64,000 nucleotides of DNA from Phoronis australis (Eukaryota > Animalia > Phoronida): the NCBI GenBank assembly GCA_002633005.1, contig NMRA01000660.1, positions 123,534 through 187,533 of the forward strand, written 5' to 3'. Positions 26,560-38,873 of this stretch are shown in pieces. Within the stretch, counting starts at the first letter, position 1. Each line of letters starts with the position of its first letter. Below the pieces are notes generated by a model. The model searched no databases. It was not told where the DNA came from and was given only the letters and a program-made list of their open reading frames with translations. The translations under genes were made by a program, and so were the position numbers.

Positions 26560-27300
26560 ATAAATGAATTCGTTGGTTTCTGATTTACATGTTTAGGCAT
26601 CAAGGATATCGACACTTTTTGTTGATGATTTTTGACAATTAAAAAGTTAATCTTGTAAGAATTCATGATGTTTCAGTGAATTTGGTTACAGCCTGGAAAT
26701 GAAAACTTTATAATAAATGTATAATCCGATCCCCAAATAGAAAAGTACACGACCTTGACTATCAAAAATAACTCTCAAAGACATTGATGAAATTAGAACA
26801 GTTCCCAAAAATATATTAACAATGCAAATGACAAAATATGCATTTCTTTTTGAATTGTAGCCACACAATTTGTTGTTAAAAACTTACAAACGGGATCAAA
26901 AAACAATTAACTCATTAAATCAAGGTAAACGCATTGGTCATGGAATCAATTGTTGATTAATGATTTACATGTTTTTGTATCTAAGAAAATCAACTGATTG
27001 AGAGATGATTTTTGGCAATTAGAACCCAATCTTGTAAGAAATGACGATACTTCACTGGACTTAGTCGCAGACTGACATTGGAATTTTCGATCTATCACCA
27101 GATCCCCAAATAGCAAAGAACACTTAACGATTTTTGTCTATCTGAAATAAGTCTCAACGATATTGATGAATGTCGGACAGCTCTACATGTTCTCACAATT
27201 CAAATGGCAATATATTGTTTATTGACTTAGAAAAAAGATTAGTGGTTTAAATTCACAAAGCGTAGATCGAAAAAGAAGTTTAAGTCCTTAAATAAGTGTA
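26560..27300. repeat. Diverged ~380 bp tandem duplication
   Basis: TGATTTACATGTTT (26581 and 26961), GATGATTTTTG, AATCTTGTAAGAA and GATCCCCAAATAG recur at about a 380 bp offset. Confidence 0.8.
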
Positions 27301-28372
27301 ATTAAACCTATTGTCCTTAGTGTTCCCACTACACTTAAGCTTCGGTATTCACTCGCTTTTAAATACTACTACTTTAAGCAAAGATTCGCTTGCAGATTAA
27401 CTATCGGAGTTAACCTTTCCCACTCACAGAAACTTCGGTAAAAGCAACTCAAGATTTCACTTTCTTTTCATCTGAATAAGAAGCAATCTTATGCCACTTT
27501 GGCAGTAGTAAGTTGCATAAATCGAATACTTCTGGGACGGAACGTGGGTTTCTCTCCGTTTTAACGTGTACCCCCCTATCACAAAACCATAAAAACATCG
27601 GCGCTAACAAATGGAGCATTTCTATCAGAGTTTTAATACAGGAAGTTTGATGAATGATTAGTGAATGTTTTTCCCTATCGATGAATCTTTCAAAGAACAA
27701 CATTTTTGCATAAACGCAAGGCCATGGAAACATTCAAGTACAGTGTAGGAAAAGGTAAAGCGTTGATAGTAACCGTTGGGTATATTGGACTCGATTCGTA
27801 GTCTTAGAAAAAATATAATTTGTGAATTAACGGTCGCTGGTTACTTAGGTATTTTAAGAAGAAATTAAGAGAACGTGTAACATTAAATCTAAATTTCTAT
27901 AGTTTTGGACTTGAGAGTTTTGTAACTGGCTCGCCTATAGAACAATGAATGTTCCTGACTCTGTTGAACCGGCGAACCTCTCATACTTACAAACTGTAAG
28001 CAAACTGCGCATAACTCGGTGTTCCATATCTTCCAAAGAAGCCTAAACTGTACTTCCCGTTACGTAAAATTTGAGCATTGAACTTTTGTTTCGTCCGTGA
28101 AGGCTATTTCCACCGGAGCCTAAGGGAACGTCTTTGACCCTTTTACTAAAACTGGCCACTTAGATCAGGTAAGGTTGAAAATTAAACGTAGACTAGTTCC
28201 TGGAAGGAATGAACCGACACCGCCTTATCAGTGATTTTTGGATCACGCAAACGTGTTTTATGAACCCCGCTGTCCTTATCATGTGAACACGACAGTTTTA
28301 TCAAAGTTTAATCACTTACTATTTGTATGCCCGAAACACTGCATGCTGAGTATGCCAGGGGATGGAGCGCAA

Positions 28373-28397
28373 AGGTCACAGGTATAAACTGGAGCAT
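28373..28397 (+). promoter_or_regulatory. Putative core promoter (TATAAA at 28383) of gene B
   Basis: Conserved with the gene A promoter region. About 95 nt upstream of the ATG. Confidence 0.55.
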
Positions 28398-28477
28398 AAG
28401 TTGGACTAAGATAACGACAATACGAGGAACAAGGAAGTTCAATGCTTTATAGGAATGGTGTGGAGCAGATATTGTTA

Positions 28478-28514
28478 ATGGAGAACCGACACATATCGTG
28501 TTTGCTTATTATTT
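28478..28514 (+). CDS. Gene B exon 1: MENRHISCLLII (signal peptide start)
   Basis: 37 nt to a gtaagt donor, phase 1. Paralogous to 8943-8979. Confidence 0.87.
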
Positions 28515-31345
28515 GTAAGTATTGTTTCGCTCACCTTCCTGCATTTCTCTGTTCAGCTATGCTATATGTACGAAAATAACATACTAGCTTTCAATCTGTA
28601 CGACGCAAGCAATGTGTATAACGGCATACATCCGAAAATTGATAAGAAAGGACTTATGGACTGTGATCGTGTTTATATGTTCCTATTCATTAGGTTATCC
28701 TGTCATTGTCCTTCTTACGGCATTCATCGAGTAAAGAAGTATTCGGGATTTTGTAAATTCGTTTTTCAAGATTTGATAAGTATGTCATTTTCGAGCGATA
28801 GCTCATTTTTAACACACAAAACATCACATTTGTATGTTTTCAGTACTGTTAGCTCATGTTCGTATATGCAATTGCTTAATTAGTGTTAAATTGAATACAC
28901 GCCAAAGTCTAATGTTTTGTGAAGCTTCAATAGCGTGAAATCAGGGGTCCATGGCTTTGTTTTACACGCACAGGCTGATGAGCCTAATATGTAAATCGTG
29001 CACAAATGCGGTAGGTATGCAAATGGATATCATTATTAGTGCCTGAGAATTCAAACGGGGACCGCTTTCAGTGACATGACTGTAGACTTTAACATCATAA
29101 TTTACATGTATTCGGAAAGGTGTGTTAACGTATTAGATCAGCCACTTGAGCGACTTTTGCAGAGCCAAATGCCTACTTGTAATGTTGATGTGCATGAAAG
29201 GACTTGGATTTCAAATTTCTAATTATTTTTGTACTCGACAGTCAGTTAATGATTCTAGGCCAAAGACCTTTAAAGTCAAAGTTGTGCACTGCTACTTGTC
29301 TTGAAACAAATAATTTAGTCAGAGATGTTGGCAGCCTTACTTAGTAGAAGGGCATTCTTTACTAGTGAACTATTATGTCGACCCTGCTTTGGCTAAGCCG
29401 CGTTGGCCGATTACTTGTTAGTTATTTCAGCGAATTCAACGCAAGTTTGAAGCATGTAGAAGCCAAACCATCAGATTAAAAGTGGTTGAATGTGCAATGA
29501 AAAAATGGTGTACAATGATTCACACAAATAGGTAACTTGAGGAGAGTCATCATTGTAGATAAACGACGCAGGAAAGAGCGTGCAGGTGTCATTAATTATT
29601 CGGAATGTATACATGTAGGACGCTCAGGCTTGCCCACGTTTTACCCAGGTATTCATAGTCCTTTTACAATATCATTTTCATTTCCTCAATCTTGGTGTGA
29701 AACCTACGTCATCAGCTTAACTACGACTCAAAAACGCAATGAGAGTTCCCCTCTGCGATTCAGCTTGACTTTCCATGTATCAAACATTTTATACGAGACA
29801 GATGACCAGCAGCTTGGTTGGCCAATGTTAGGCCTACTTGTTCGTGACTTGTCACTATACATGTACAGCAAATGCGGTCGTAAGCAGTGTACATGTATGC
29901 CTGTAATGCGTGTAAGACTGATTCAAGAACAAGTAATAACGATACACTTTAGAGACAAATGACCACCGTAACTGTATTCAACATTAAACAAAGTGCTAAA
30001 TGTCTTCTAATTTTCGAAATGGGTACACTGCAGGGTAAGTTAATGACAATTTAGTGCACAACATAACACTGTGACGTCTTCCGACTTGTGAGTTTGATGG
30101 CCCTCAGGATATGGGGCGAACTGATAAAATTCATGAGGTTATCAGCTGTGACGCTGTGTCCCACCACTGGTTGATACCGTAAATTGTGAGCATTTATTGA
30201 AAATAAATTTATAAATTCACTTCTTTAAATTGAGCCCAAACGCTGAATATTTTAATAAAGTTTAATTGCGCTCTAGTAATTGGGTTGCTTCAGCCATAAC
30301 TTAATCCATGACGTAACGTGATAAGCCAATTCAGGGAAACTGCATTGATTTTGGATATAGAACAACATGATTTATTTCGATCGTTCATCATTTCTTTTAG
30401 AATGTCGCGGTTTGGCAAACCGGTAACGTCTATTGCAAGATTTGTCTAGTAGTTTTAGGTTTTTGAGTTCTTTAACAAATCAGACGTCTTAGCTCTTCAC
30501 AACAAAACTATTCAAAACAATTCAATTGGTGTGGAAGATATTTAACGGTGTCTCCATTCTTATCAGTTCAATTAACCCTATACCTGTAACGCCCCGTCTC
30601 GTTTCTAATCGTTGCAATTGGCTTAATGCCCAACTTAGGAAACCTGAGTGATTTGAGTGCTTTATTTCACTACTTTGGTGCCATGAAAATTCTTAACTTT
30701 TCTCACAAAGGACTCTTGGCCTTGGTTTTAACAAATTTACCATTTCATGCCACAATCCCTGTGTGTTCGCTGTCAGCGATACCACAGGATACATGTAGTT
30801 ATACTGTAACGGTAAATCAACCTTGGTAAGACTTAACGTACAGCGTAATGAACCGCTGTCCATTAGGCGTTTGCTTCCTGTGCTTTGTGGTTTCCTGTGG
30901 GAACTTGTGAATTGTAGGTCATTGACAAATACAGAACGCGAGGATCAACATTTCACCGAAACAAATTAACTTACACTATGAAGGTACACAGGTTTAGTGG
31001 TTTCTGAAAAAACTGTACTACGGTCAGTAGTTTTAAGCAAATGTCGGATTCTTTGATTGTGTAGTTTGGAGAAAATTTTTTATAATAATTTGAATGGACA
31101 CAAAAATCGCCTTATTTGGGAGCAAAGATAGCAAAATAACCTTTGCGAGTCTCACGTGCCAAGTTTAACATCGAATTTTATACGTTTGTCTGCGTCAAGA
31201 AACACGAAAGCACGCTAGAATTGTCACTACAGGTTGGTCATTATTTCAAGTTCACATCAAACACGTCTGATGCCCCGACACGTACAACATTCACTTGAAA
31301 CTTTCGGAAATGCATACGCACTTTCTAATGTTCATTATCCCTTAA

Positions 31346-33299
31346 GGTAGGTGTATACACTGATCAAATCTCCATGTTCCTAACTAAAATGAGTAAAAAG
31401 GAAGTTTTAACTAGTTAGATATGACTCTGAAAGTGACAAAAATCGAAAAAAAAGTTTGTTTTGTAGTTCGTTTTTTTAAAAAATCGTATTTTTTAATTTT
31501 CAAAAAATCCAATTTCACCTCGATTTTTTTTTCAAAATGCACAGGGATCATCATCAACTGTTTCCTTACGCAATATTCTACTTATCCATACCAAATATAT
31601 GTACAAAATCGTTATGATCTTGATTTTGTGGCATTTTTTGTGTGTGAGTTGGGGCAAGCACGCCACTTTTTGTCATTTGGTCACTTTCCGTCTAATAACT
31701 AAAAATCTGGTCCATTTATCAAAAAACCCTGGCACGCGATTTTACTTCAGTCCAAGAGGATTTCAAATTTGCAACTTTCGTTAAAATTGACCCACGTGTT
31801 GTGGAAAAATAGGCCCGAGAATCGTGTCACTATCCTGAAATCACGAGCCGAGAAAAACGGCTTTGAAGTTAAGCGGTCATCGATTGCCACTTGAGATCAA
31901 ATTTCGTTCAGAATGCGTGGTCATTATGTTCCAATTTTTGTTGAAGTACTAGAAATAAAGCTGATATTTACTTCATATTTAGAAAATGTGACATACCTGT
32001 TTGTTTACAGCGTAATTTTAATCATTTTTTCGAACTTGTGATGCACGACAGACGACCAAAACAAATATGGCTGTCACGTGGGCGGAGCTTAGCGTTGATC
32101 TATTGTCTGCTGTACTGGTGTGCCGACCACCATGTGTTGATTGTTTATACGATTCATCTGAACTCTCCACTCAGTTTGTAAAAGACTCTCTAACTATATT
32201 ACACAGACCTATTTGTTAGTATTCCAATATTATCATCAACCAATATATGTGTTATATCAAATCGCCGCGTTACTGCCTACATAACAATATTGGCGACGAG
32301 GATAAAGAACTACTTTCATAGTAATGGTTCAACATTTTTACGTGCCTGTACCGAATGGACTTTGGGATAAGAAAATATCACTTTCTGCGCAAATAGCGCC
32401 GCTTGGGTGAGATTCTCAAGTTACTAAAGTTTCTTATATTGCTTTCCTCTAAAATCGTATAATATCATGAGTTTTAATTCAGGGTTACGTTTGAATCTAT
32501 GCACTAGAAAATTTTTTGTTATGTTGAACACTGGGTCATTTCTCTAATTCTTTGGGTTACGGCCAGTGGCAAGTTAAAAATCCTCTGGGTTTGACAGCCT
32601 AGTTTCTCCACGGCGCGTTCCCAGCACAGAAGCACGGTTTATCTGCGAAGACTCTACTCTGACGGCATGTAGTTGTCCATGTGTCGCGCGCGCGGCTTGT
32701 CTTCACAGCGCGTGTATGCACTCTCACCGAATCGTGCAACACCACCCACGTCGACACTCAGCGTCCTCTCGCAAGACAACTGACCTTATATTACCGACTT
32801 CTCTTATACATGCACAATTTCTGCACGGACTCCTCAAGCTGAGTGCAGTGATGGCTTCGGTAGGGCTTGGCGTACTCAACTTAATTTTTTTGCAGATAGA
32901 CAAACAGGCTCAGGCTCGGAACAGGAGCTAGTTCACCATTTCACTACCAAATTTCACATGGTCAAAAATAGAATTGTTTTATTCTTGGTCTTGCTACAAC
33001 ACCAATATCAGCTGGTACATCACTCTCGATTGCCCCGTTACGCAATGCTTGTTGACAGGGTTAGATTAGAGCTAGTGTCCTTGTATATAAGCTCCGCCCC
33101 AGTTGTCAATCACTGAGCTGGTGAGCACTCAAGCCATGTGACTTACTGAGGTTTGGTCAAATATAGCTAAAAAAACAACTTTGGATTTTCAGAATGATTT
33201 TATTTTTCTTCAGTATACTGTGCATCAAGAATTAAAGATCAGGATGATATAAAAATGTAAAAAACAGTCAAAATTAATTTTTTTGTGTATCCACCTACC
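31346..33299. mobile_element. Non-autonomous Kolobok-like DNA transposon
   Basis: ttaa|GGTAGGTGTATACAC ... GTGTATCCACCTACC|ttaa: TTAA TSD, purine-purine termini, 15 bp TIR. Falls between intron blocks shared with gene A. Confidence 0.85.
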
Positions 33300-34637
33300 T
33301 TAACATATAGTTTTATTAGCAGAGATATATGGTTTTGACCGACGCAATTATATTCCTCGTGAAAGTGCATTTTACTTACGAAACATTAATTGAGCATTTA
33401 GTGCTGCTAAAATTAAGGATAATGTTACCTTAGGCGAAGACCGTTTTGGCCAATATGTAATGGTCAATTTCATGAAAATCAAGATTACAGTTCGTTAAAC
33501 CGGAAGTGTAACACAATGAGCATATTGCCCAGTGTGAACAGAACAGTTGTGTTAGTTTTATTATTGATCCTGGTATCACTGATAAAATTAAATGATACCG
33601 GGGCTGAAATAGAAAGTCGGCCGGCGTCTCAGCCATTGAGCAAAGACATCAGAACGGAAAATCAAGTGAGTACAGCTTTCTTTGGTAAGTCAACATATTT
33701 GGAAAATCTGGGTTGAGAAATTGCTATTTCTCTTAATACCGCACCATGCAAATAGACTAAAATGTTCAAATTACCTCATGTAGTAAATAAAGTGAGCCCA
33801 ACGGAACAACACGCCTTCAAACAAGGTGACACGACATTGCACGCTGCGTGAAGTCGGTTACAAATGTCATGTTTCTACTTGTTGAGTTATGGGATAATAA
33901 AAAAAAAACAATCCTACTATACGTCCTGGTGCTAATGAACAAACTGACATCCTTTTATCATTCCTCGTCGTTAACTGGTGAACCCTAGTGTTCGAGATTC
34001 CAAATTTTCTTGTCTCCAAATCCATATCCTGTGGACTCCTTTACTCCAATATGATGTTTAAAAATAAATAAAGTCCACAAGTATGAGCTTGGGTTTTGCC
34101 CTTTTGTTTTCAAAATGTGGTACTAAACCATAATAACAAAAATAGTGACTTTCCGAATTTGTGTTAAAATATAAAAATGCCAAATATTCTGGCCCTTGGT
34201 TGAATCTTTGGGTGATAGTCCATCGCGGTTTTCACTTGACAACTCGAGCATTAAGCGAAAAGTTCGAGTTTCAACTCCAAATGTCCTGCTCTGGACTCCA
34301 CTGAAACCTACATTTAGAACTGTGATCCGACTTTCGACCCTTTTTGGTTGTCGCATACTTCTTTTTAAGTAACCCCTTCAACAACTTTACTAAAATTCCG
34401 AAGTTTTCACGAACTTCCGAGGTTTAATCCGGATCTGTAACTTGAATCTAGGTTCCACCAATTTTAACTTGGACAAGACCGCAGGCCTCATGGGCTTGAA
34501 ACATAACCGTGAGCACAAAAATAGTTGCATATTTCAAATTGGTATTGAAAGACAAGGGAAAGCGTAAAGAATACATTGAAGCTGGAATTGGAGGTTTGAA
34601 ATTTGACTCTAGACTCAAGGAATTCGAGATGGGAGAC

Positions 34638-34795
34638 CGGGCGTGCGATCACTAGACGCTAGGACCTACGCTAGGACCTAGCTAAAACCTAGTTATAGTC
34701 ACGTGTTCTTATTTACAATGCACTGCATTATCTCACGTAATCTCACGAAATCTTGCTTTTTAGCGAGGTCCTAGCGTTACTGAACGGGAGGCGGA
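34638..34795. mobile_element. MITE, same family as 918-1076
   Basis: Reverse-complement match over the whole length. Confidence 0.75.
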
Positions 34796-37322
34796 TTTCG
34801 AGGCTAACTGTGTTGATGCGTTGAGACGTCTGGCGCCATCTGTTGGATCCGTGATAGATTGCTAGATCATGTGACTCGTCTTCTGGCGATATCCGATTAT
34901 CTTACTGTTGTGAGGGCATGTAGAAGGAAATGTTTACCGCACTGAGTGATAGCAAAAGACGTCAACTAATGATACCAGTGATACTGGTGCTCAACACATA
35001 ATGCCTTTTCGACTTTGTCATGACCTAGAGAAAAGTTTATCGACCAGGGATATTCTGTGTCCTGCCTGTATCAAGTGATTTCATCAGGAGCGTGATACAT
35101 TACATGCACACTTTGTAGTTTCACCGATGTTCTGCTCAACACAACATTATTATGGTCTCATCGCAACAATCACAATTGTATAAGGGTGTAGGAAAGCACA
35201 AAGATTCATTGTAATGTGTAACTTTTTTCAAATGTGTTAAAAGCAGGCCATTGTAATGTTGTGGCGGGACGTGTAAAGGTCCAAACTGTGGGACGGTCCA
35301 CCAAAAATATTACGACTTTAAACCAAGTACTGTAGATAATACGCTTTTGTGCTAGTGTGAATTAGTTTGATAAAATAGATTCTAATCAAAATAGTTGAAT
35401 TCCTCCTCTAAAAAGTTCAGTAGACTTATGAAAATAGCTTGGCACCTTTCTGCTTGATGTCTTCTTTCCGATGTCAGAATATTTGAAAATATTTCAAGTT
35501 TCGGCAGCAGCAAACGTGGGGTCTGCTGCTCTTAGTATGAGCGGGGTGTGCTGGCGTGCTGGCCTTGGCGGATATATCAACAAACATACAAGACAGTGTA
35601 CTAGTACATGTATACATGTATACCTCTGAAAAGGGAAGAGAGTGTTATGGAGTGATGAAATATCCTTACATTGCTATTGGGTTATGCATTTGTGACCATC
35701 TATTTGTAAATTTTCTGTTTGTAAATTTTTTGAATAAATGTATTTTTACATGAGTTACATAGTTCAATTTTTTTTGTCAATATAATTAAATTTGGAGGTT
35801 ACCATTGAGACGTTGATTTTATAAATGGAACTTGCAAAGACACAAGATTAGATTTTAAGTTAGTTGGATTTTAAATCTGTTTCCAAAGAAAACAGTAAGT
35901 ATTTTTTATACACAAGGGAATTACGTTTTTTTCTAACACAATCTTCGTCATTGTTAAAATTTTTTGGAACAATGCCAGTATAAGTGAAGCAAAGTCTCAG
36001 GTTCACACTTATGAAACGTACACAAGGGGGAGTCACTAACCCCCAATTTAACAAGATATGAGTTCCACTGATTATCCTAGGTGGTAGTCTAAATTGAAAC
36101 CATCGAAGATCGAAGTTTAACATCAAGTGTAAAGTTCACAAAGTAGGCATTTTCCACCATTCAATAGTGTCTGGCATAGCAAGTTCTGCCTGCCACCTAA
36201 TCTCAGTCCTAGGCCTAGAATGTATGAGTAGTACAAAAATGTTGTGTTATATGTTTCTTGCCCTTTTCGTCTGCAAGCAATAAGTTCACAAAAATTGGGA
36301 TACAGCGTGCATAGAAGGAAAATTCTCTATTTTTGAGATTTTTCATTTCAAAGTTGCCCTGCACCCATGTAGAAAGACTTTGCCATTTTGAGATTTGAAA
36401 GCACGGGCGTGATTGTACTATATGAACTGATTATAAGCATGCGTAGATTAGGCAAGAACATGCGTTGATTATGAAAAAGTACGCAGTGATTATGAGCAGA
36501 AAGATAATCGTTTAAGAACTAAAAGAATACATAGACTATGCAAATTTGCGCGAAGATTAAGCACGTTTTTAAGCGCAGAAAGCTAATAGCATCACGCTCA
36601 GGTGCGCAGACTCGCTCAATCTCTAACCGATACACTCTCTTTGGTAACCAGAAATGTTATCACAGACAACAGCCCTAAATTTGAATCGTTTGTCAACAGA
36701 AAAATATTAAAGCTATGCATCCATGCTTTTCCTTTTTTTCAGTCAGTGCCGGTCTCCTCAGTTTTGTTCGAAATTCGCGCATTTTCGCTTTCTGTTGAGA
36801 CCTTGGCCACAGTATTTTCTCAACCAAATTTGATTTATGAGTTACAAGCTACCAACGATGATGACTAAAAGATTACTAACTCACGAACTGTCACAAAATC
36901 TACAGACATTGTACGACGTAACCATTAATAGCAGTAACTGCTAGAGATAAACGAAACGCGTTTATCTGGAAATCCAGCCCACCAATACTCAGAAGAGATT
37001 GGACTTGCCAAGCACATTAGGAACTAATCAAAGTTTACTGGTCCGAGGAAGTTTATATGTGTTCATAAGTGAGTAAGCAGTGCATCATTCATATATCAAT
37101 CAGTGCCAATTGATACGCGCGTAAAGTTGTTTCATTTTGTCACGGTTCAGTCAAGTATCACTGAAGTAGTATTTTGTTCCCGTGTCTTGCTCAAGTGTTT
37201 CTCTTTTCTGCGGTTGCGACTAAATGCAGACCCAGGCGTAGCGTTACGTACAGGTGCGTGGGACCAAACACACAGATTCATGTACAATGCAAACTACATT
37301 TGAAAACATTGAAAACATCAAT

Positions 37323-37551
37323 CAAGGCTTGGAATTTTCCGCGGAAACGCGGATTTCCGTTTTTTTCTTTTAGCCCCTCCGCGTATTTTCGTTATACTTC
37401 CGCGGAAAAAAATCGGATTTGCCATGAAACTATCGTGGCAAATTGGTTTCTCACCACAGCGTTGCCGCCGGCTCGAAAAGCGGAAACTGTTCTTTAAGTT
37501 TCGGAGGAACGGAAATTGTAATTGCGGATCACAGGCGCTCGAATTCCTTGA
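37323..37551. mobile_element. GC-rich MITE-like insert with repeated CCGCGG/TTCCG motifs
   Basis: Imperfect inverted ends (caagg...gaatt / aattccttg) and internal palindromes. Confidence 0.35.
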
Positions 37552-38782
37552 TGACTCGTAACCATATACAAGAAACATGCTTTCTTAGTAGTGAGTGACG
37601 TCAGAGGCATTCGAGGAACAGATAAATTCAAGCACCTGTGCCTTTGATAGCGTGATTCATCAATGGCGTCTGCATTTGGTATAAAATAGCGGCGACAAAT
37701 AGTGCGATTCTGCTGTCAAAAATGCGTGGAGCGTGGAGTAGACAGAGTATTTCGTGGAAAAGTCAATGTCTTCAAAAACAACATAAGTCAGGGTTTGTGC
37801 TCTGTAAACTTTGAGAAAGAAACAATTACCGAGTGCGTGGGCGAGTCGCCTCTGACTAAGTTGGAGTCGGAGGATCGACTGAAAACGATGAAACACCAGA
37901 AATAACAACGCTCCCTGAAAGGAAATTCATCCTTAACGGGTTATTCGTTGGATTGGATTCGTAGGATGTGAGTGATGTAAGAAATTCGTTCGTTTGATCC
38001 CGCATGCACGCCTGTTGCCGTTGGCTCCTGAGCCCTAACTAAGGCCTGACCGCTTTGAGTGCAATTTTCTACGTGCCGCCGAAACGGGATGCAAAGTGCA
38101 ATTTTCGTTACTGCAAATGCGTTTAATATGTATTTCAATTTATCTTGACAATTTTTGTGTTCTATTTTGTGACGCGAGTTTTGCAATTTAAATAAATTTT
38201 ATACGACAACTTAAGAAAATTAACGACAATGTTGCTGATATTTTAGCATTGCTTTGCCGGGGTCATTTTTCTTAGTTATATTCCAGAACAAGCGTGTAGC
38301 AACAAAATTTTAAGGCGCCTTTAGGATCTTTGTCATTTAAAGAACAGACAAAATGTTGCAGTTTATTACCCTTCATCTACAACATCTTCTTGTGGACATT
38401 GATGCACTAAACGTAAACACTCTCGCTAAAAGTACAAGTGCTACGTTTAACTATATCTTACGACTTGAACGTTTTGGAAGAACATATTCTGATGTCGATA
38501 AAATCCTACCAATAGACGTCTGACATGGAGTTTTTATTCAATTGCCCAGAGGCCACCGGTCCATGTACCAATACCATGGCACGCACGGCACTACATGAAT
38601 TCGCAAAAATCACGCGTTTTTGGAGCATAGAAACGAAATTACAGACTTTTTACGTCACTTGTAGTCATGAGCATATTGGATATAATGGGACGATAATATC
38701 ATTTTCGGCAGAAATACTGTACATAACCCAACACTGTAGCAAAACGTCAGAAAGACATACACGCTTTTCGTTTGCATTTCAG

Positions 38783-38873
38783 GTTCAATTTTGTGTCAAC
38801 CGTTAAACAGCGACGCAACAGGGCAATGCAGTGACCACTTCTACGCAGGCAATTACATAGACCATAATCAGCC
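38783..38873 (+). CDS. Gene B exon 2: (C)SILCQPLNSDATGQCSDHFYAGNYIDHNQ(P)
   Basis: tgcatttcag acceptor and gtgagt donor, 91 nt, phase 1 to 2. Paralog of 87-162. Confidence 0.9.

Noticed and set aside
20631-28300. PTP D1 exons (HCSAGxGRTG, WPD) on either strand
   Set aside because: None found by eye. The region is mostly transposon and repeat sequence. A tBLASTn search would confirm the absence.
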